Shown: in pieces, positions 35,897 through 46,076 of the stretch
How positions within the stretch are numbered: position 1 is the first letter of the stretch
How the letters are laid out: each line of letters starts with the position of its first letter
NCBI GenBank assembly: GCA_028866015.1
Contig: JAGWIW010000006.1
Coordinates: 11,288 to 75,287 of the forward strand
DNA from: Betaproteobacteria bacterium
GTDB lineage: Bacteria > Pseudomonadota > Gammaproteobacteria > Burkholderiales > Ferrovaceae
Length of the DNA stretch: 64,000 bases
Reading direction: 5' to 3'
Notes under the pieces: model-generated
The model's input: only the letters and a program-made list of their open reading frames with translations
The model's database searches: none
What the model was told of the DNA's origin: nothing
Position numbers and translations under genes: made by a program

Positions 35897-36691
35897 ATGA
35901 GGGCCTTTCGTGTCCGGTACACCCCAGATCAAGTGGCCATCCCCCGTTTCTTCATCCCTGTGGCGCTGGAAATGGCAGGAGAGTACGAGCTGCCGCCTAC
36001 CGCGGCCCACCATGCGCTCAGGGTCCTGCGCCTCAAAACCGGCGATGCGCTCATCCTGTTTGACGGAACGGGGGGCGAGCATCGGGTGCGCATCTCCCGC
36101 AGTGGCGAAGGAAAGGTTCTGGTGATGCCTGAATCCTTCTGTGCGCGTGAAGCGGAATCGCCCTTGCAGCTTTGGCTTGGACAGTCCCTGTGTGCCACGG
36201 AAAAAATGGACTGGATCCTGCAGAAAGCGGTGGAGCTGGGGGTATCCCGCTGTACCCCCTTGCAGGCGGAGCGCAGCGTGGTGCGACTTTCCGAAGAACG
36301 GGCGGCGCGCCGCCTGGAGCACTGGCGACGCGTGACGGAGGCTGCCTGCGAGCAATCCGGACGCAACCGGGTGCCGGAAGTGGACCCCATAGAACCCCTG
36401 CGGACCTGGCTTGCCCGCTTGCCGCAAAATGGGCTTCGCTTGATGCTGTCGCCCCAGGGTGAAGTTTCCCTGGCAGACCTTCCACCGCCTGCGGGTCCTG
36501 TCATCCTGCTGGTCGGGCCCGAAGGCGGCCTGTCCGGGGAAGAGGAGCGGGCAGCCCGTTCTTCAGGTTTTCAGCCTTTGCGCCTGGGGCCGCGCATCCT
36601 GCGCACGGAAACGGCCGCTTTGGCCCTGGTATCCGCCCTCCAGGCCCGGTGGGGCGATTTTGTCCAAGAACCGGTTCGTCACCCGCTATAA
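35897..36691 (+). CDS. rsmE: 16S rRNA (uracil1498-N3)-methyltransferase
   Basis: Contains IPRFFIP, LLVGPEGGLSGEE and LRLGPRILRTETAALA. The start is uncertain: ATG 35897 or a GTG about 35 nt downstream. Confidence 0.8.
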   Translation: MRAFRVRYTPDQVAIPRFFIPVALEMAGEYELPPTAAHHALRVLRLKTGDALILFDGTGGEHRVRISRSGEGKVLVMPESFCAREAESPLQLWLGQSLCATEKMDWILQKAVELGVSRCTPLQAERSVVRLSEERAARRLEHWRRVTEAACEQSGRNRVPEVDPIEPLRTWLARLPQNGLRLMLSPQGEVSLADLPPPAGPVILLVGPEGGLSGEEERAARSSGFQPLRLGPRILRTETAALALVSALQARWGDFVQEPVRHPL

Positions 36692-36698
36692 TCGGCAC

Positions 36699-38036
36699 AT
36701 GACCCGATCCGATTCCTTCATCAACTGGTTCCGCTCGGCCGCGCCCTACATCAACGCGTTCCAGAACCGCACTTTCGTCATTGCCTTTGGCGGCGAAGTG
36801 GTGGCGGACGGGAAATTCATTGCGCTCACCCATGACCTTAACCTGCTGGAAAGCCTGGGTGTGCGGCTTGTGCTGGTGCACGGGGCACGTCCGCAGACGG
36901 AAGCGCGTCTCAGTGCCCGCGGAGTCCAGCCCCATTACGTCAATGGCACGCGGGTGACGGATGCGCTGGCGCTCAATTGCGTGATCGAAGCGGCGGCCAC
37001 GCTCGGTTTTGAAATCGAAGCATTGCTGTCCATGGGTGTGGCCAACTCGCCCATGGCCGGGTCCGCCATCCGCGTGGCCAGCGGCAATTTCGTCATGGCC
37101 CGGCCCATCGGGGTGGTGGACGGGGTCGATTTCCAGCATACCGGCCTGGTTCGGAGGGTCGATGCCGAAGGTATTCGCCGCCGCCTGGACGACGAGGAGA
37201 TCGTGCTGCTGCCTCCCCTGGGCTATTCGCCCACCGGAGAAATCTTCAACCTGACCGTGGAGGAAGTGGCCACGGCAACGGCCATTGCCCTGGGTGCTGA
37301 AAAGCTGATTTTCCTCACCGACACCCCCGGCGTGATGAACAGCCGCGGCCAGACCATTTCAGAAATGACGGCCCAGGAAGCGGAAGCACTCCTGAAAAGC
37401 GGCCAGCCCCAGCCGGAAGATGTGGCCTATTACCTTCCTTGCGCCGTTCGGGCCTGTCGCAACCAGGTGCCGCGCGTGCACCTGATTTCCCGGCATGTGG
37501 ACGGCGCCTTGCTGCAGGAACTGTTCACGCGGGAGGGGGTGGGCACCATGGTGATGCGCGATACCCACGATGTATTGCGCCCGGCCAACCTGGAAGATGT
37601 TCCGGGCATTCTTGCCCTGATCGAGCCGCTGGAGTCGGATGGGGTGCTCGTGAAACGCAGCCGGGTGCTGCTGGAAGGGGAGATTGACCGTTTTTCCGTG
37701 CTGGTGCACGAAGGCCGGGTGATCGGCTGCGTGGCGCTCTATCCATTCCCTGGCGAAAATGCTGGTGAGCTGGCTTGTCTTGCAGTCACGCCCGAATTCA
37801 GGAACCTGGGGCGGGGCGATCACCTGCTGCAGTATGTGGAGCAGCAGGCGCGCAGCCAGGGCATCCGGCAATTGTTCCTGCTCAGCACGCGCACGGGCCA
37901 GTGGTTTGCGGAACGCGGCTTCCTGGAAACCACCATTGACCAGATGCCCCAGGCCAAACAGGCGCTTTACAATTTTCAGCGCCGTTCCAAGGTTTTCGTC
38001 AAACAGATTCCGGACATTGCTCCAAAGGTCAAATAG
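36699..38036 (+). CDS. argA: amino-acid N-acetyltransferase (N-acetylglutamate synthase)
   Basis: Trimmed to the ATG at 36699, giving 445 aa. It begins [27 protein letters not shown] (amino-acid kinase fold) and has a C-terminal GNAT domain ([17 protein letters not shown]). Confidence 0.88.
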   Translation: MTRSDSFINWFRSAAPYINAFQNRTFVIAFGGEVVADGKFIALTHDLNLLESLGVRLVLVHGARPQTEARLSARGVQPHYVNGTRVTDALALNCVIEAAATLGFEIEALLSMGVANSPMAGSAIRVASGNFVMARPIGVVDGVDFQHTGLVRRVDAEGIRRRLDDEEIVLLPPLGYSPTGEIFNLTVEEVATATAIALGAEKLIFLTDTPGVMNSRGQTISEMTAQEAEALLKSGQPQPEDVAYYLPCAVRACRNQVPRVHLISRHVDGALLQELFTREGVGTMVMRDTHDVLRPANLEDVPGILALIEPLESDGVLVKRSRVLLEGEIDRFSVLVHEGRVIGCVALYPFPGENAGELACLAVTPEFRNLGRGDHLLQYVEQQARSQGIRQLFLLSTRTGQWFAERGFLETTIDQMPQAKQALYNFQRRSKVFVKQIPDIAPKVK

Positions 38037-38038
38037 CC

Positions 38039-38311
38039 ATGAGTCGTACGGTGTACTGCATCAAACTGCAACGGGAAGCCAAAGGGCTGGATTTTCCGCC
38101 CTATCCCGGCCCCCTCGGTCAACGCATTTTCAATGAAGTGTCGGAAGAAGCCTGGAAGCAGTGGATCGAGCTGCAGAAAATGCTGATCAATGAAAACCGC
38201 CTGAACCTGGCGGACGCCAAGGCGCGCCAATACCTGGCGCAGCAGATGGAAGCCCATTTCTTTGGTGAAGGGGCCGAGCAGGCGGCGGGCTACGTGCCGC
38301 CCAGCGCCTGA
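38039..38311 (+). CDS. yggX: Fe(2+)-trafficking / oxidative-damage protection protein YggX
   Basis: 90 aa. [42 protein letters not shown] is a typical YggX sequence. Confidence 0.88.
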   Translation: MSRTVYCIKLQREAKGLDFPPYPGPLGQRIFNEVSEEAWKQWIELQKMLINENRLNLADAKARQYLAQQMEAHFFGEGAEQAAGYVPPSA

Positions 38312-38317
38312 AGCCTT

Positions 38318-39022
38318 TCAGGTCGTCACGGCGCGTTCGATTTCTTCCACGGAGGTGTGGCGGACGTCCTTGCCTTTGACGAGGAAGATGACGTATTCCG
38401 CCATGTTCTTGGCGTGATCTCCGATGCGCTCGATCGCCTTGGCTGCAAAAAGGATTTCGATCGAGTTGGAAATGGTTCTGGGGTCTTCCATCATGAACGT
38501 GATGAGCTGTCTCAGGATTCCCCGGAAGGACTCGTCCACGTCCCGGTCGTCCCGCAGCACCTGCATGGCGCTGTTGGCATCGAGGCGTGCAAAGGCGTCC
38601 AGGGCACGCCCCAGCATCTGCACCGCAAGGCGGGCGGCATGACGCAAGTCCACGGGCAGGGGCGCATGCAGCCGGTCCGATTCGTGGATCAGCTTGGCCA
38701 TGCGGGCAATTTTTTCAGCTTCATCACCGATCCGTTCCAGGTCGGTGATGGTCTTGATGATGGCCAGCACCAGGCGCAAGTCGCTGGCCGCCGGCTGGCG
38801 GCGCGCAATGATGTGCGTGCAGTCCTCATCGATGCTGACTTCCAGGCCGTTGACGCGGTGGTCGTGCGCAATGACTTCGTCGGCGATGGTCACATTGCCC
38901 ATGTGAAGCGCTTCCACCGCCCGTTCGATTTGCTCCTCGACCAGGCCGCCCATTTTCAGCACCTTGGCGCGCACTGTTTCCAGTTCGATATCAAATTGCT
39001 TGGTGATGTGTTCAGTCGCCAT
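38318..39022 (-). CDS. phoU: phosphate signalling complex protein PhoU
   Basis: Trimmed to the ATG at 39022, giving 234 aa. It has duplicated PhoU repeats (DLERIGDEAEKIA and IERIGDHAKNMAE). Confidence 0.88.
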   Translation of the reverse strand: MATEHITKQFDIELETVRAKVLKMGGLVEEQIERAVEALHMGNVTIADEVIAHDHRVNGLEVSIDEDCTHIIARRQPAASDLRLVLAIIKTITDLERIGDEAEKIARMAKLIHESDRLHAPLPVDLRHAARLAVQMLGRALDAFARLDANSAMQVLRDDRDVDESFRGILRQLITFMMEDPRTISNSIEILFAAKAIERIGDHAKNMAEYVIFLVKGKDVRHTSVEEIERAVTT

Positions 39023-39036
39023 GCTGATCTCCCAGA

Positions 39037-39696
39037 CTATCTTTTCGAGACACGAATGCCTTGCGTGGTGGCCAGGACAAGCACGTCGGCCGGGCGGCGT
39101 GCAAAAATCCCGCACATGACGACACCGGTGATGGCGGAAAGGCGGGTTTCCATGGCCACCGGATCCTGCAGGTCCAGATGATGCACGTCGAGGATGATAT
39201 TGCCGTTATCGGTCACAAACCCTTCGCGCAACACCGGCTGCCCGCCCAGGCGGGCCACCTCCCGCGCCACGTGGCTGCGCGCCATGGGAATGACTTCCAG
39301 CGGCAGCGGAAACTTGCCCAGCACGGGCACCAGCTTCTTTTCGTCAGCGATGCACACAAACTTTTCAGCCACGGCCGCCACGATCTTTTCTCGGGTGAGC
39401 GCACCGCCTCCCCCTTTGATCATGGCGAGATGGGGCGTGATTTCATCCGCGCCGTCCACGTAGACCGGCAGTTCGTTGACGCCGTTGAGGTCCAGGACGG
39501 GAATGCCGGCTGCCTTGAGGCGGGCCGAGGAAGCATCGGAGCTGGAAACGGCACCTTCAATGCGCCCCTTGATCTTTGCCAGTTCCTCGATGAAAAAGTT
39601 AACCGTGGATCCTGTACCGACTCCCACGATGGCATCGTGCGGAATGTAATCGAGCGCTGCGCGCGCGGCGGCTTGTTTCAGTTCGTCCTGTGTCAT
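39037..39696 (-). CDS. rpiA: ribose-5-phosphate isomerase A
   Basis: 219 aa. Contains [30 protein letters not shown] and GVVMCGIF. Confidence 0.92.
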   Translation of the reverse strand: MTQDELKQAAARAALDYIPHDAIVGVGTGSTVNFFIEELAKIKGRIEGAVSSSDASSARLKAAGIPVLDLNGVNELPVYVDGADEITPHLAMIKGGGGALTREKIVAAVAEKFVCIADEKKLVPVLGKFPLPLEVIPMARSHVAREVARLGGQPVLREGFVTDNGNIILDVHHLDLQDPVAMETRLSAITGVVMCGIFARRPADVLVLATTQGIRVSKR

Positions 39697-39808
39697 GATG
39701 CCCTGTCCTCAGGCTTCCAGCATAACCGCAAGAAGACAGCGGCTCAACCGGTTTTGGGGATTGGCGGAAAGTTTGCTAACCTCAGCAGGTTATCGAGGCC
39801 TGCCTGAC

Positions 39809-41326
39809 ATGAAGAAAACCGATTACCTGGAACGAATCCTCAACGCCACCCGAGTCTACGAGGTGGCGATCGAAAGTCCGCTGCAGAGGGCGCCGACGCT
39901 GTCGCAGCGGCTGGCAAATACGGTACTGCTCAAGCGGGAAGACCTGCAGCCGGTGTTTTCCTTCAAGCTGCGCGGCGCCTACAACAAGATGGCCTCGCTC
40001 ACGAAGCAGCAACTGGCCCTGGGGGTGATCGCAGCCAGTGCCGGTAATCATGCCCAGGGCGTGGCGTTGGCCGCACAGCGCATGGGCGTCAAGGCCCTGA
40101 TCGTCATGCCGGTCACCACCCCGTCCATCAAGGTGGACGCGGTGCGGGCGCGAGGGGCGAAAGTGGTGCTGGAGGGCGTCTCCTACTCGGAAGCCCAGGA
40201 GCATGCCCAGTTGCTGGCAGAGCGCCATGGCTACACCTTCGTTCATCCTTATGACGACCCGGATGTCATTGCCGGCCAGGGCACCATCGCCATGGAAATC
40301 CTGCGCCAGCATACCGGCCCGATTGAAGCCATTTTTGTGGCGATCGGCGGTGGCGGGCTGATTTCGGGCGTGGCGGCTTACGTGAAGCGGCTTCGTCCGG
40401 AGATTCGCATCATCGGCGTGCAGCCGCAGGATTCCGACGCCATGAAGCGATCGCTGGAAGCCGGGCGGCGTGTCCGGCTGGACCAGGTGGGGCTTTTTGC
40501 GGACGGTGTGGCCGTGCGGCAGGTGGGCGTGGAAACATTCCGTCTGTGCAAAATGCTGGTGGACGAAATCGTCACGGTGGATACCGATGCGATCTGCGCC
40601 GCCGTGAAAGATGTTTATGACGACACCCGGGCCATTCTCGAACCTGCAGGGGCCCTGGCGATTGCGGGAATGAAGCAGGTGGTTGCCCGCGACCGCCTGC
40701 GGGACAGGAATCTGGTGGCGATTGCCTGCGGCGCCAACATGAATTTCGACCGGCTGCGCTTCATCGCGGAGCGTGCCGAACTTGGCGAGAAACGCGAGGC
40801 GGTATTTGCCGCAATCATTCCGGAAGAGCCGGGAAGTTTTCGCCGATTCTGCGAATTGCTGGGGAACCGGTCCATCACCGAGTTCAACTACCGTTATGCG
40901 GACGAGCGCGAGGCTCATGTCTTCGTGGGCATTTCGGTGGCCCATGCCGGCGAGTCCGGAACCCTTTTGAAGTCGCTCAAGCGCCATGGCATCAGGACGC
41001 TGGACTTGAGCGAGAACGAAATGGCCAAGCTGCACATCCGCCACCTGGTTGGCGGGCGGGCCCCGCAGGCCCGGCATGAGCTGATCTACCGTTTCGAATT
41101 TCCCGAGCGGCCCGGGGCGCTCACCCAGTTTCTCAACAGCATGAGCGCGGGCTGGAACATCAGCCTGTTTCACTACCGCAATCACGGGGCAGACTACGGT
41201 CGGGTGCTGGTGGGTTTCCAGGTTCCCCCCGCTGATGCCAAGGCATTCCAGCGTTTTCTGGACAACCTGGGTTACCCCTGGGTGGATGAAACGGCCAACC
41301 CGGCCTATTCCCTGTTTCTGGGGTGA
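39809..41326 (+). CDS. ilvA: biosynthetic threonine ammonia-lyase (threonine dehydratase)
   Basis: Trimmed to the ATG at 39809, giving 505 aa. It has a PLP-Lys context (PVFSFKLRGAYNKM), GGGGLISG and two C-terminal regulatory repeats. Confidence 0.92.
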   Translation: MKKTDYLERILNATRVYEVAIESPLQRAPTLSQRLANTVLLKREDLQPVFSFKLRGAYNKMASLTKQQLALGVIAASAGNHAQGVALAAQRMGVKALIVMPVTTPSIKVDAVRARGAKVVLEGVSYSEAQEHAQLLAERHGYTFVHPYDDPDVIAGQGTIAMEILRQHTGPIEAIFVAIGGGGLISGVAAYVKRLRPEIRIIGVQPQDSDAMKRSLEAGRRVRLDQVGLFADGVAVRQVGVETFRLCKMLVDEIVTVDTDAICAAVKDVYDDTRAILEPAGALAIAGMKQVVARDRLRDRNLVAIACGANMNFDRLRFIAERAELGEKREAVFAAIIPEEPGSFRRFCELLGNRSITEFNYRYADEREAHVFVGISVAHAGESGTLLKSLKRHGIRTLDLSENEMAKLHIRHLVGGRAPQARHELIYRFEFPERPGALTQFLNSMSAGWNISLFHYRNHGADYGRVLVGFQVPPADAKAFQRFLDNLGYPWVDETANPAYSLFLG

Positions 41327-41327
41327 C

Positions 41328-42707
41328 TCAGGCGTTGCCGGATTCCCTGATCCACAAGGTTTTGACGTTGGTGAATTCCCGGATTCCGTGCGCGGACAGT
41401 TCGCGCCCGAAGCCCGAGTTCTTGACGCCGCCGAAGGGCAGGCGCGGATCGGATTTCACCAGGCTGTTGACGTAGGAGCAGCCCGCCTCGATGCGGGCCG
41501 CAAACTGTTCAGCCCGGGCCACGTCCCGGCTCCAGACCGAGGAGCCCAGTCCGTAAGGCGTGTCGTTAGCCAGTGTCAGGGCTTCCTGCTCGCTGTGCGC
41601 ACGCACGATCAGGGCCACCGGTCCAAACAGTTCCTGCTGCCAGACCGGTGAAGCGGGCGTGATTCCATCCAGGACGGTGGGTGCATAAAACCATCCCGGA
41701 CCGACTTCGGGGTGACCACCCAGCAATGCCTGGGCACCGCCGGAGAGGGCCGTGCGCACCTGCAGGTCCAGGTGCTCGCGCAGGTCGCGCCGGGCCAGGG
41801 GCCCCATGGAGGTCGAGGGATCGAATGGATCGCCCGTTTTCAGGGTGGCGACCTGTTCAACGAACTGCTGAACAAAGGCGTCCGCAATTTCCGGCGTGAG
41901 AATGAAGCGTTTGGCGGCAATGCAGGCCTGTCCGCAGTTCATGTAGCGGGATTTCACCGCCTGGCGTACGGTCCATTCCAGATCTGCATCAGCCAGGACC
42001 ACGAAGGGGTCCGAACCGCCCAGTTCCAGAATGCATTTTTTGAGGTGCACGCCGGCCAGGGCTGCCACGGCTCGCCCTGCGCGTTCCGATCCGGTCACAG
42101 TCACGGCATGCACGTACGGGCTGGCAATGGCTTCGGCCACCAATGCGTCATCAATGAACAGATTGGCCAACAGGCGCGGAGGCAATCCGGCTTCGAGTGC
42201 CAGGGATTCCAGGGCCAGCGCGCAGCGCGGCACGTTGGGAGCATGCTTGTAAGCCGCGGCATTTCCCGCCAGAAGCGCGGGAACGGCAAAGCGCAACACC
42301 TGCCAGAAGGGGAAATTCCAGGGCATGATGCCCAGCACCACGCCCAGAGGTTGATAGGAGACATAGGCCCGACTGCCGGTGATGGGGGCCGGTTCAGGGG
42401 CCAGATGCGCAATGCCTTCGGTTGCGCAGTACTCGCAAAGGCGGGCGCATTTTTCAATTTCAGCCCGGGCTTCACGCTGTACTTTTCCCATTTCCTCGGT
42501 GATCAGCCGAGCCAGTTCGTCGCGCTTGGCCAGCAGGGCGCTGCCCAGGCGCAGCAGGGCGGCCGCACGTTCGGCCAGCGGAACTTCGCGCCACGACTTC
42601 TGGGCCTCCTGCACGCGCCCCAGCGTTGCCAGGAGCGTGGTTTTGTCTGTCGAGGGAAATTCGCCGTAAGACTCTTCGGTGGCCGGATTCCGGCTGAGGA
42701 ATGGCAT
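41328..42707 (-). CDS. NAD(P)-dependent aldehyde dehydrogenase (succinate-semialdehyde dehydrogenase-like)
   Basis: Trimmed to the ATG at 42707, giving 459 aa. Contains NPATEE, LELGGSDP, the catalytic Cys context NCGQACIAAKR and FGGVKNSGFGRE. Confidence 0.82.
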   Translation of the reverse strand: MPFLSRNPATEESYGEFPSTDKTTLLATLGRVQEAQKSWREVPLAERAAALLRLGSALLAKRDELARLITEEMGKVQREARAEIEKCARLCEYCATEGIAHLAPEPAPITGSRAYVSYQPLGVVLGIMPWNFPFWQVLRFAVPALLAGNAAAYKHAPNVPRCALALESLALEAGLPPRLLANLFIDDALVAEAIASPYVHAVTVTGSERAGRAVAALAGVHLKKCILELGGSDPFVVLADADLEWTVRQAVKSRYMNCGQACIAAKRFILTPEIADAFVQQFVEQVATLKTGDPFDPSTSMGPLARRDLREHLDLQVRTALSGGAQALLGGHPEVGPGWFYAPTVLDGITPASPVWQQELFGPVALIVRAHSEQEALTLANDTPYGLGSSVWSRDVARAEQFAARIEAGCSYVNSLVKSDPRLPFGGVKNSGFGRELSAHGIREFTNVKTLWIRESGNA

Positions 42708-42868
42708 GTTGCGCTCCAACGGGACTTCAGGATGGGGAAAATCTATAAGACTATCTGATATAGGAGTCATTTGACAACTGGGGCCGCCCGATGAACGGGT
42801 TGGTGAGCTGTCACGGTTTTGCAATGGAGGACGCCCATAATGCAGCAAATTTTCCTGATGGCACGCCC

Positions 42869-43516
42869 ATGAACATGACTCATCTGATTGATATTGCGAA
42901 TGATTCCGGCGGTACCCTGTACCTGATGCTGTTGTTGCTCACGCTCGCGCTGACCGTCATTATCGAGCGCAGCCGCTATCTGTCCAACATGCTTGAGGCA
43001 GGCGACCACCTCATCCGGCTTCTGAAGTCACGCAATTCCGACAGCCATGAAGGGCTGACCGACATATTTCACAAGTACCCCAAGCTGCCGCACCGGCAAC
43101 TGATCGACGCGGCCAGCAGCGCACAGCCGGCCACGAGGGCTGACCGCGAATCCATGGACAGTACGCTCGAGGAAGCGGTGATGCATGAAGTGCCCAAGCT
43201 GGACCGGTCTCTCTGGATGCTCGATACCATCATCACGCTGGCCCCCTTGCTGGGCCTGTTCGGCACCATCCTGGGCATGTTCAACGCCTTCAGTGTGCTG
43301 GGGTCGGGCCAGGATGCTGCAACCGAAGTGACTTCGGGCATTGCCGAAGCCTTGCTGGCCACGGCCTCCGGACTGGTGGTGGCCATGGTGGGCCTGATTT
43401 TTTTCAACAGCCTGAACACGCGCATCCGGCTGGTGGTGCACCAGATGGAAACGCTCAAGATCATGATCCTGAACCGTGCCGATGCCACGATTCAGGGGCA
43501 CCTGCAATCACTCTAA
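42869..43516 (+). CDS. exbB: MotA/TolQ/ExbB proton-channel protein
   Basis: Trimmed to the ATG at 42869, giving 215 aa. Contains LAPLLGLFGTILGMFNAF and GIAEALLATASGLVVAM. Confidence 0.85.
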   Translation: MNMTHLIDIANDSGGTLYLMLLLLTLALTVIIERSRYLSNMLEAGDHLIRLLKSRNSDSHEGLTDIFHKYPKLPHRQLIDAASSAQPATRADRESMDSTLEEAVMHEVPKLDRSLWMLDTIITLAPLLGLFGTILGMFNAFSVLGSGQDAATEVTSGIAEALLATASGLVVAMVGLIFFNSLNTRIRLVVHQMETLKIMILNRADATIQGHLQSL

Positions 43517-43546
43517 AACGTCAACTGCCGGCGCAGACTCCTACCC

Positions 43547-43936
43547 ATGCGTTACCTCAACGAGCGGCGAGCCCGCATCGAAATCATACCGATGATCGAC
43601 ATCATGTTGTTTCTGTTGGTATTTTTTGCGATGCTGCTGCTGAAAATGATTCCTTCATCGGGTCACGTGACCAAACTGCCCACCAGCACCACGGCAGCAC
43701 CCTTGCCGGCCCCAAAGCTGTTGGTGGAACTGGGTGAGGACGGGGTCATGCAGGTGGAGCATGCCCCCATTGCACCAGCTGCCCTGACCGCACGCCTGCG
43801 CACCATGGGTCCCAAAACCGCGGTCACCATCGTGGGTGGCCAGGGTGTGGCGCTTCAGAAAGTGATGGGCGTGCTGGATGCCGTCAAGGCAGCCGGAGTC
43901 TCCCAGATAGCCATTGCCGCCCGTCGTGCGGACTGA
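43547..43936 (+). CDS. exbD: biopolymer transport protein ExbD/TolR
   Basis: 129 aa. It has an N-terminal IEIIPMIDIMLFLLVFF TM segment and a typical ExbD periplasmic domain. Confidence 0.85.
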   Translation: MRYLNERRARIEIIPMIDIMLFLLVFFAMLLLKMIPSSGHVTKLPTSTTAAPLPAPKLLVELGEDGVMQVEHAPIAPAALTARLRTMGPKTAVTIVGGQGVALQKVMGVLDAVKAAGVSQIAIAARRAD

Positions 43937-44603
43937 AGCCCTGGAGTCCGTGTTCGCAGCGGTTCCCGAAAAGCGGGAGGGATGGCTGTCATCATTCGGG
44001 CTCGCATTGACCGTCGAACTGGTGCTGCTGGCGGCAGTGACTGCATTGGTTTTCCTGGTGCAAACGCTGCATCCGCCCACCGAGGCCAAAGCCCCGGTGG
44101 CCATCCAGCTTGCGGAGGTACCTCCGGAGCCCAAGCCGACTCCGCCAGAGCCGCCACGTCCGGTGCAGAAGACGCCTTTGCCCCGGAAAGTGGTGCCAGT
44201 TCCGGTACCCCAACCCACGCCTGTCCAGCAACCGGTAAAAGCGGCAGAGCCTTCCCCGTTTGCGGAGAAATCGCGTCCGGCAACACCACCGGCACCGCCA
44301 GCTCCCGCCCAACCCTCTCCCGACCTGCTGGCGGACTACATGGCCAAAGTCCGGGCCGCCGTGCAGGCTGCCTTGGTTTACCCCGAATCGGCCAGCGAAA
44401 TGCAGTTTACTGGCAGGGCGCGAGTTGAATTCCGGTTATCCCACGGCGTCCAGAGCAGCGCACGGATCATCGTTTCCAGCGGTTTCCGGGTGTTTGACCG
44501 GGCAGCCTTGCTCGCTGTCCGGGATGCACAGTATCCTCAGCCACCGGCGGCGATGACAGGGGAATCGCGTCTGTTCCAGGTTTGGGTGGAGTTCAGGTCA
44601 TAG
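43914..44603 (+). CDS. tonB: energy transducer TonB
   Basis: It has a TM anchor, a Pro-rich spacer (PPEPKPTPPEPPRPVQKTPLPRKVVPVPVPQP) and a C-terminal TonB domain (YPESASEMQFTGRARVEF). The start is uncertain: TTG 43914 or a nearby GTG. Confidence 0.82.
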   Translation: MPPVVRTEALESVFAAVPEKREGWLSSFGLALTVELVLLAAVTALVFLVQTLHPPTEAKAPVAIQLAEVPPEPKPTPPEPPRPVQKTPLPRKVVPVPVPQPTPVQQPVKAAEPSPFAEKSRPATPPAPPAPAQPSPDLLADYMAKVRAAVQAALVYPESASEMQFTGRARVEFRLSHGVQSSARIIVSSGFRVFDRAALLAVRDAQYPQPPAAMTGESRLFQVWVEFRS

Positions 44604-44608
44604 GAAAA

Positions 44609-45928
44609 ATGGGTTACCGGTTTGGAAATGTTGTAGCGCTTGCGCTTGCCTGGTTGTGCCTGGTCCAGCCTGCAGTAGCGCAGGAATCAATGACGTACGT
44701 GCTGTTGGGGCCCGAGGGGCAGACCATTGCGCGCGCGCTGATTGAACCCGGCCGCTCCTGCCCCACGCTGGACGTTGACCACAAGCCCACCCCCATGAAA
44801 GTCAGGGCAGAACCCCAGGAATCGGGTCTGCGGCAGGCAGCCACATTTCCTGTACAGGCTTGTGAACTCGTGTTGCCTGAAAACGCCCATCATGTGCTGT
44901 TTGAAGGCCGGGAGCTGCCTTTGCCGGTGACTGCGGCCCATCGGATCGTGGTGCTGGGCGACAGCGGTTGCCGCATGAAATGGCCGGCTTCCTTCCAGGA
45001 TTGCAACGATCCCGCCCGTTGGCCCCTGGCCAGCATCGCCCACAGTGCCGCGGCCGATCATCCGGATCTGGTGATTCATGTGGGGGACTACAACTACCGT
45101 GAAAGCCGCTGTCTGGTCGGTGGGTGTTCCGGCAGCCCTTACGGTTACGGCTGGAAAACCTGGAAGGCGGATTTTTTTGAACCGGCAAAACCACTATTGG
45201 AAGCGGCCCCTTGGGTCATGGCTCGCGGCAACCATGAATCTTGCGCCCGCGCGGGTCAGGGCTGGTTCCGTTTCCTGGATGCGCGCCCTTATGATGCGGC
45301 ACGAGCCTGCAAAGGGGCCCCCCCCTACGCAGAAGATTTCACCGAGCCGTTCGCCGTTCCCCTGGGAGCACAGCGCCAGCTCATCGTATTCGATTCAGCA
45401 GGCGCTTCCGACAAAAACAGTCTTGAAATCTTTGCAACCCGCTGGGCGCAAGCGGCGGAGCTGGCAGCGCGGCAGCCGTTCAACTGGCTGGTACTGCATC
45501 ACCCGGTGTTGGGATATGGTTACAAGCCGCTCACCGGATACTTCACGGACAGTGGTGCAGTGGGAATGGCGCTGGAAGGGAGTCACTTCCCGGATTTGAT
45601 GCCATCAAATGTCCAGCTGGTGCTGCAAGGACATATCCACACATTCGAGATCAATCAATTCCAGGGGAACCTGCCACTGAGCGTTCTGGCCGGTATCGGG
45701 GGATCCGCCCTGGAAGGCAGTTTTCCCGCCGGGTTGCCCCAATCGATTGGGGTCATTCCCGGAGCTCGGCTTGTCCAGTCCCGAAATTCCCAGCAGTTCG
45801 GATACGTGCTGCTGGAACGGCGTGGCCGCGAATGGGTGCTGTCCGAGAAGAATCCCGATGGCAGCATCCGCCGGCAATGCACATTGACGCTGGCACAGCC
45901 CCCCTATGCACTGAGCTGCGAGCCCTGA
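44609..45928 (+). CDS. secreted metallophosphoesterase with a purple-acid-phosphatase-type motif set
   Basis: Trimmed to the ATG at 44609 (AGGAAAA RBS, 5 nt after tonB). Signal peptide ALALAWLCLVQPAVAQE. It has five ordered motifs: GDSG, GDYNY, GNHE, VLHH and GHIH. Confidence 0.78.
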   Translation: MGYRFGNVVALALAWLCLVQPAVAQESMTYVLLGPEGQTIARALIEPGRSCPTLDVDHKPTPMKVRAEPQESGLRQAATFPVQACELVLPENAHHVLFEGRELPLPVTAAHRIVVLGDSGCRMKWPASFQDCNDPARWPLASIAHSAAADHPDLVIHVGDYNYRESRCLVGGCSGSPYGYGWKTWKADFFEPAKPLLEAAPWVMARGNHESCARAGQGWFRFLDARPYDAARACKGAPPYAEDFTEPFAVPLGAQRQLIVFDSAGASDKNSLEIFATRWAQAAELAARQPFNWLVLHHPVLGYGYKPLTGYFTDSGAVGMALEGSHFPDLMPSNVQLVLQGHIHTFEINQFQGNLPLSVLAGIGGSALEGSFPAGLPQSIGVIPGARLVQSRNSQQFGYVLLERRGREWVLSEKNPDGSIRRQCTLTLAQPPYALSCEP

Positions 45929-46076
45929 GCGCTTTCCTCCTTTTCATCGTACTGTCATCTCCCCCACATCTCGCTGCAATCTTTCACCCGGAAAATGCGA
46001 GGCGCATTCAATAAGCGCCTGCCTTGCGGCTGGCCATACGTGATCAATCGCATTTTCAACAAGGGGGTTTAACAAG

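Noticed and set aside
42708-42868. Fur boxes upstream of exbB (ATAATGCAGCAAATTTT; ATCTATAAGACTATCTGATATAGG) and upstream of the receptor gene (GTGATCAATCGCATTTTC, 46040-46060).
   Set aside because: The best alignments to GATAATGATAATCATTATC match only about a third of positions. Iron regulation cannot be claimed from this sequence alone.
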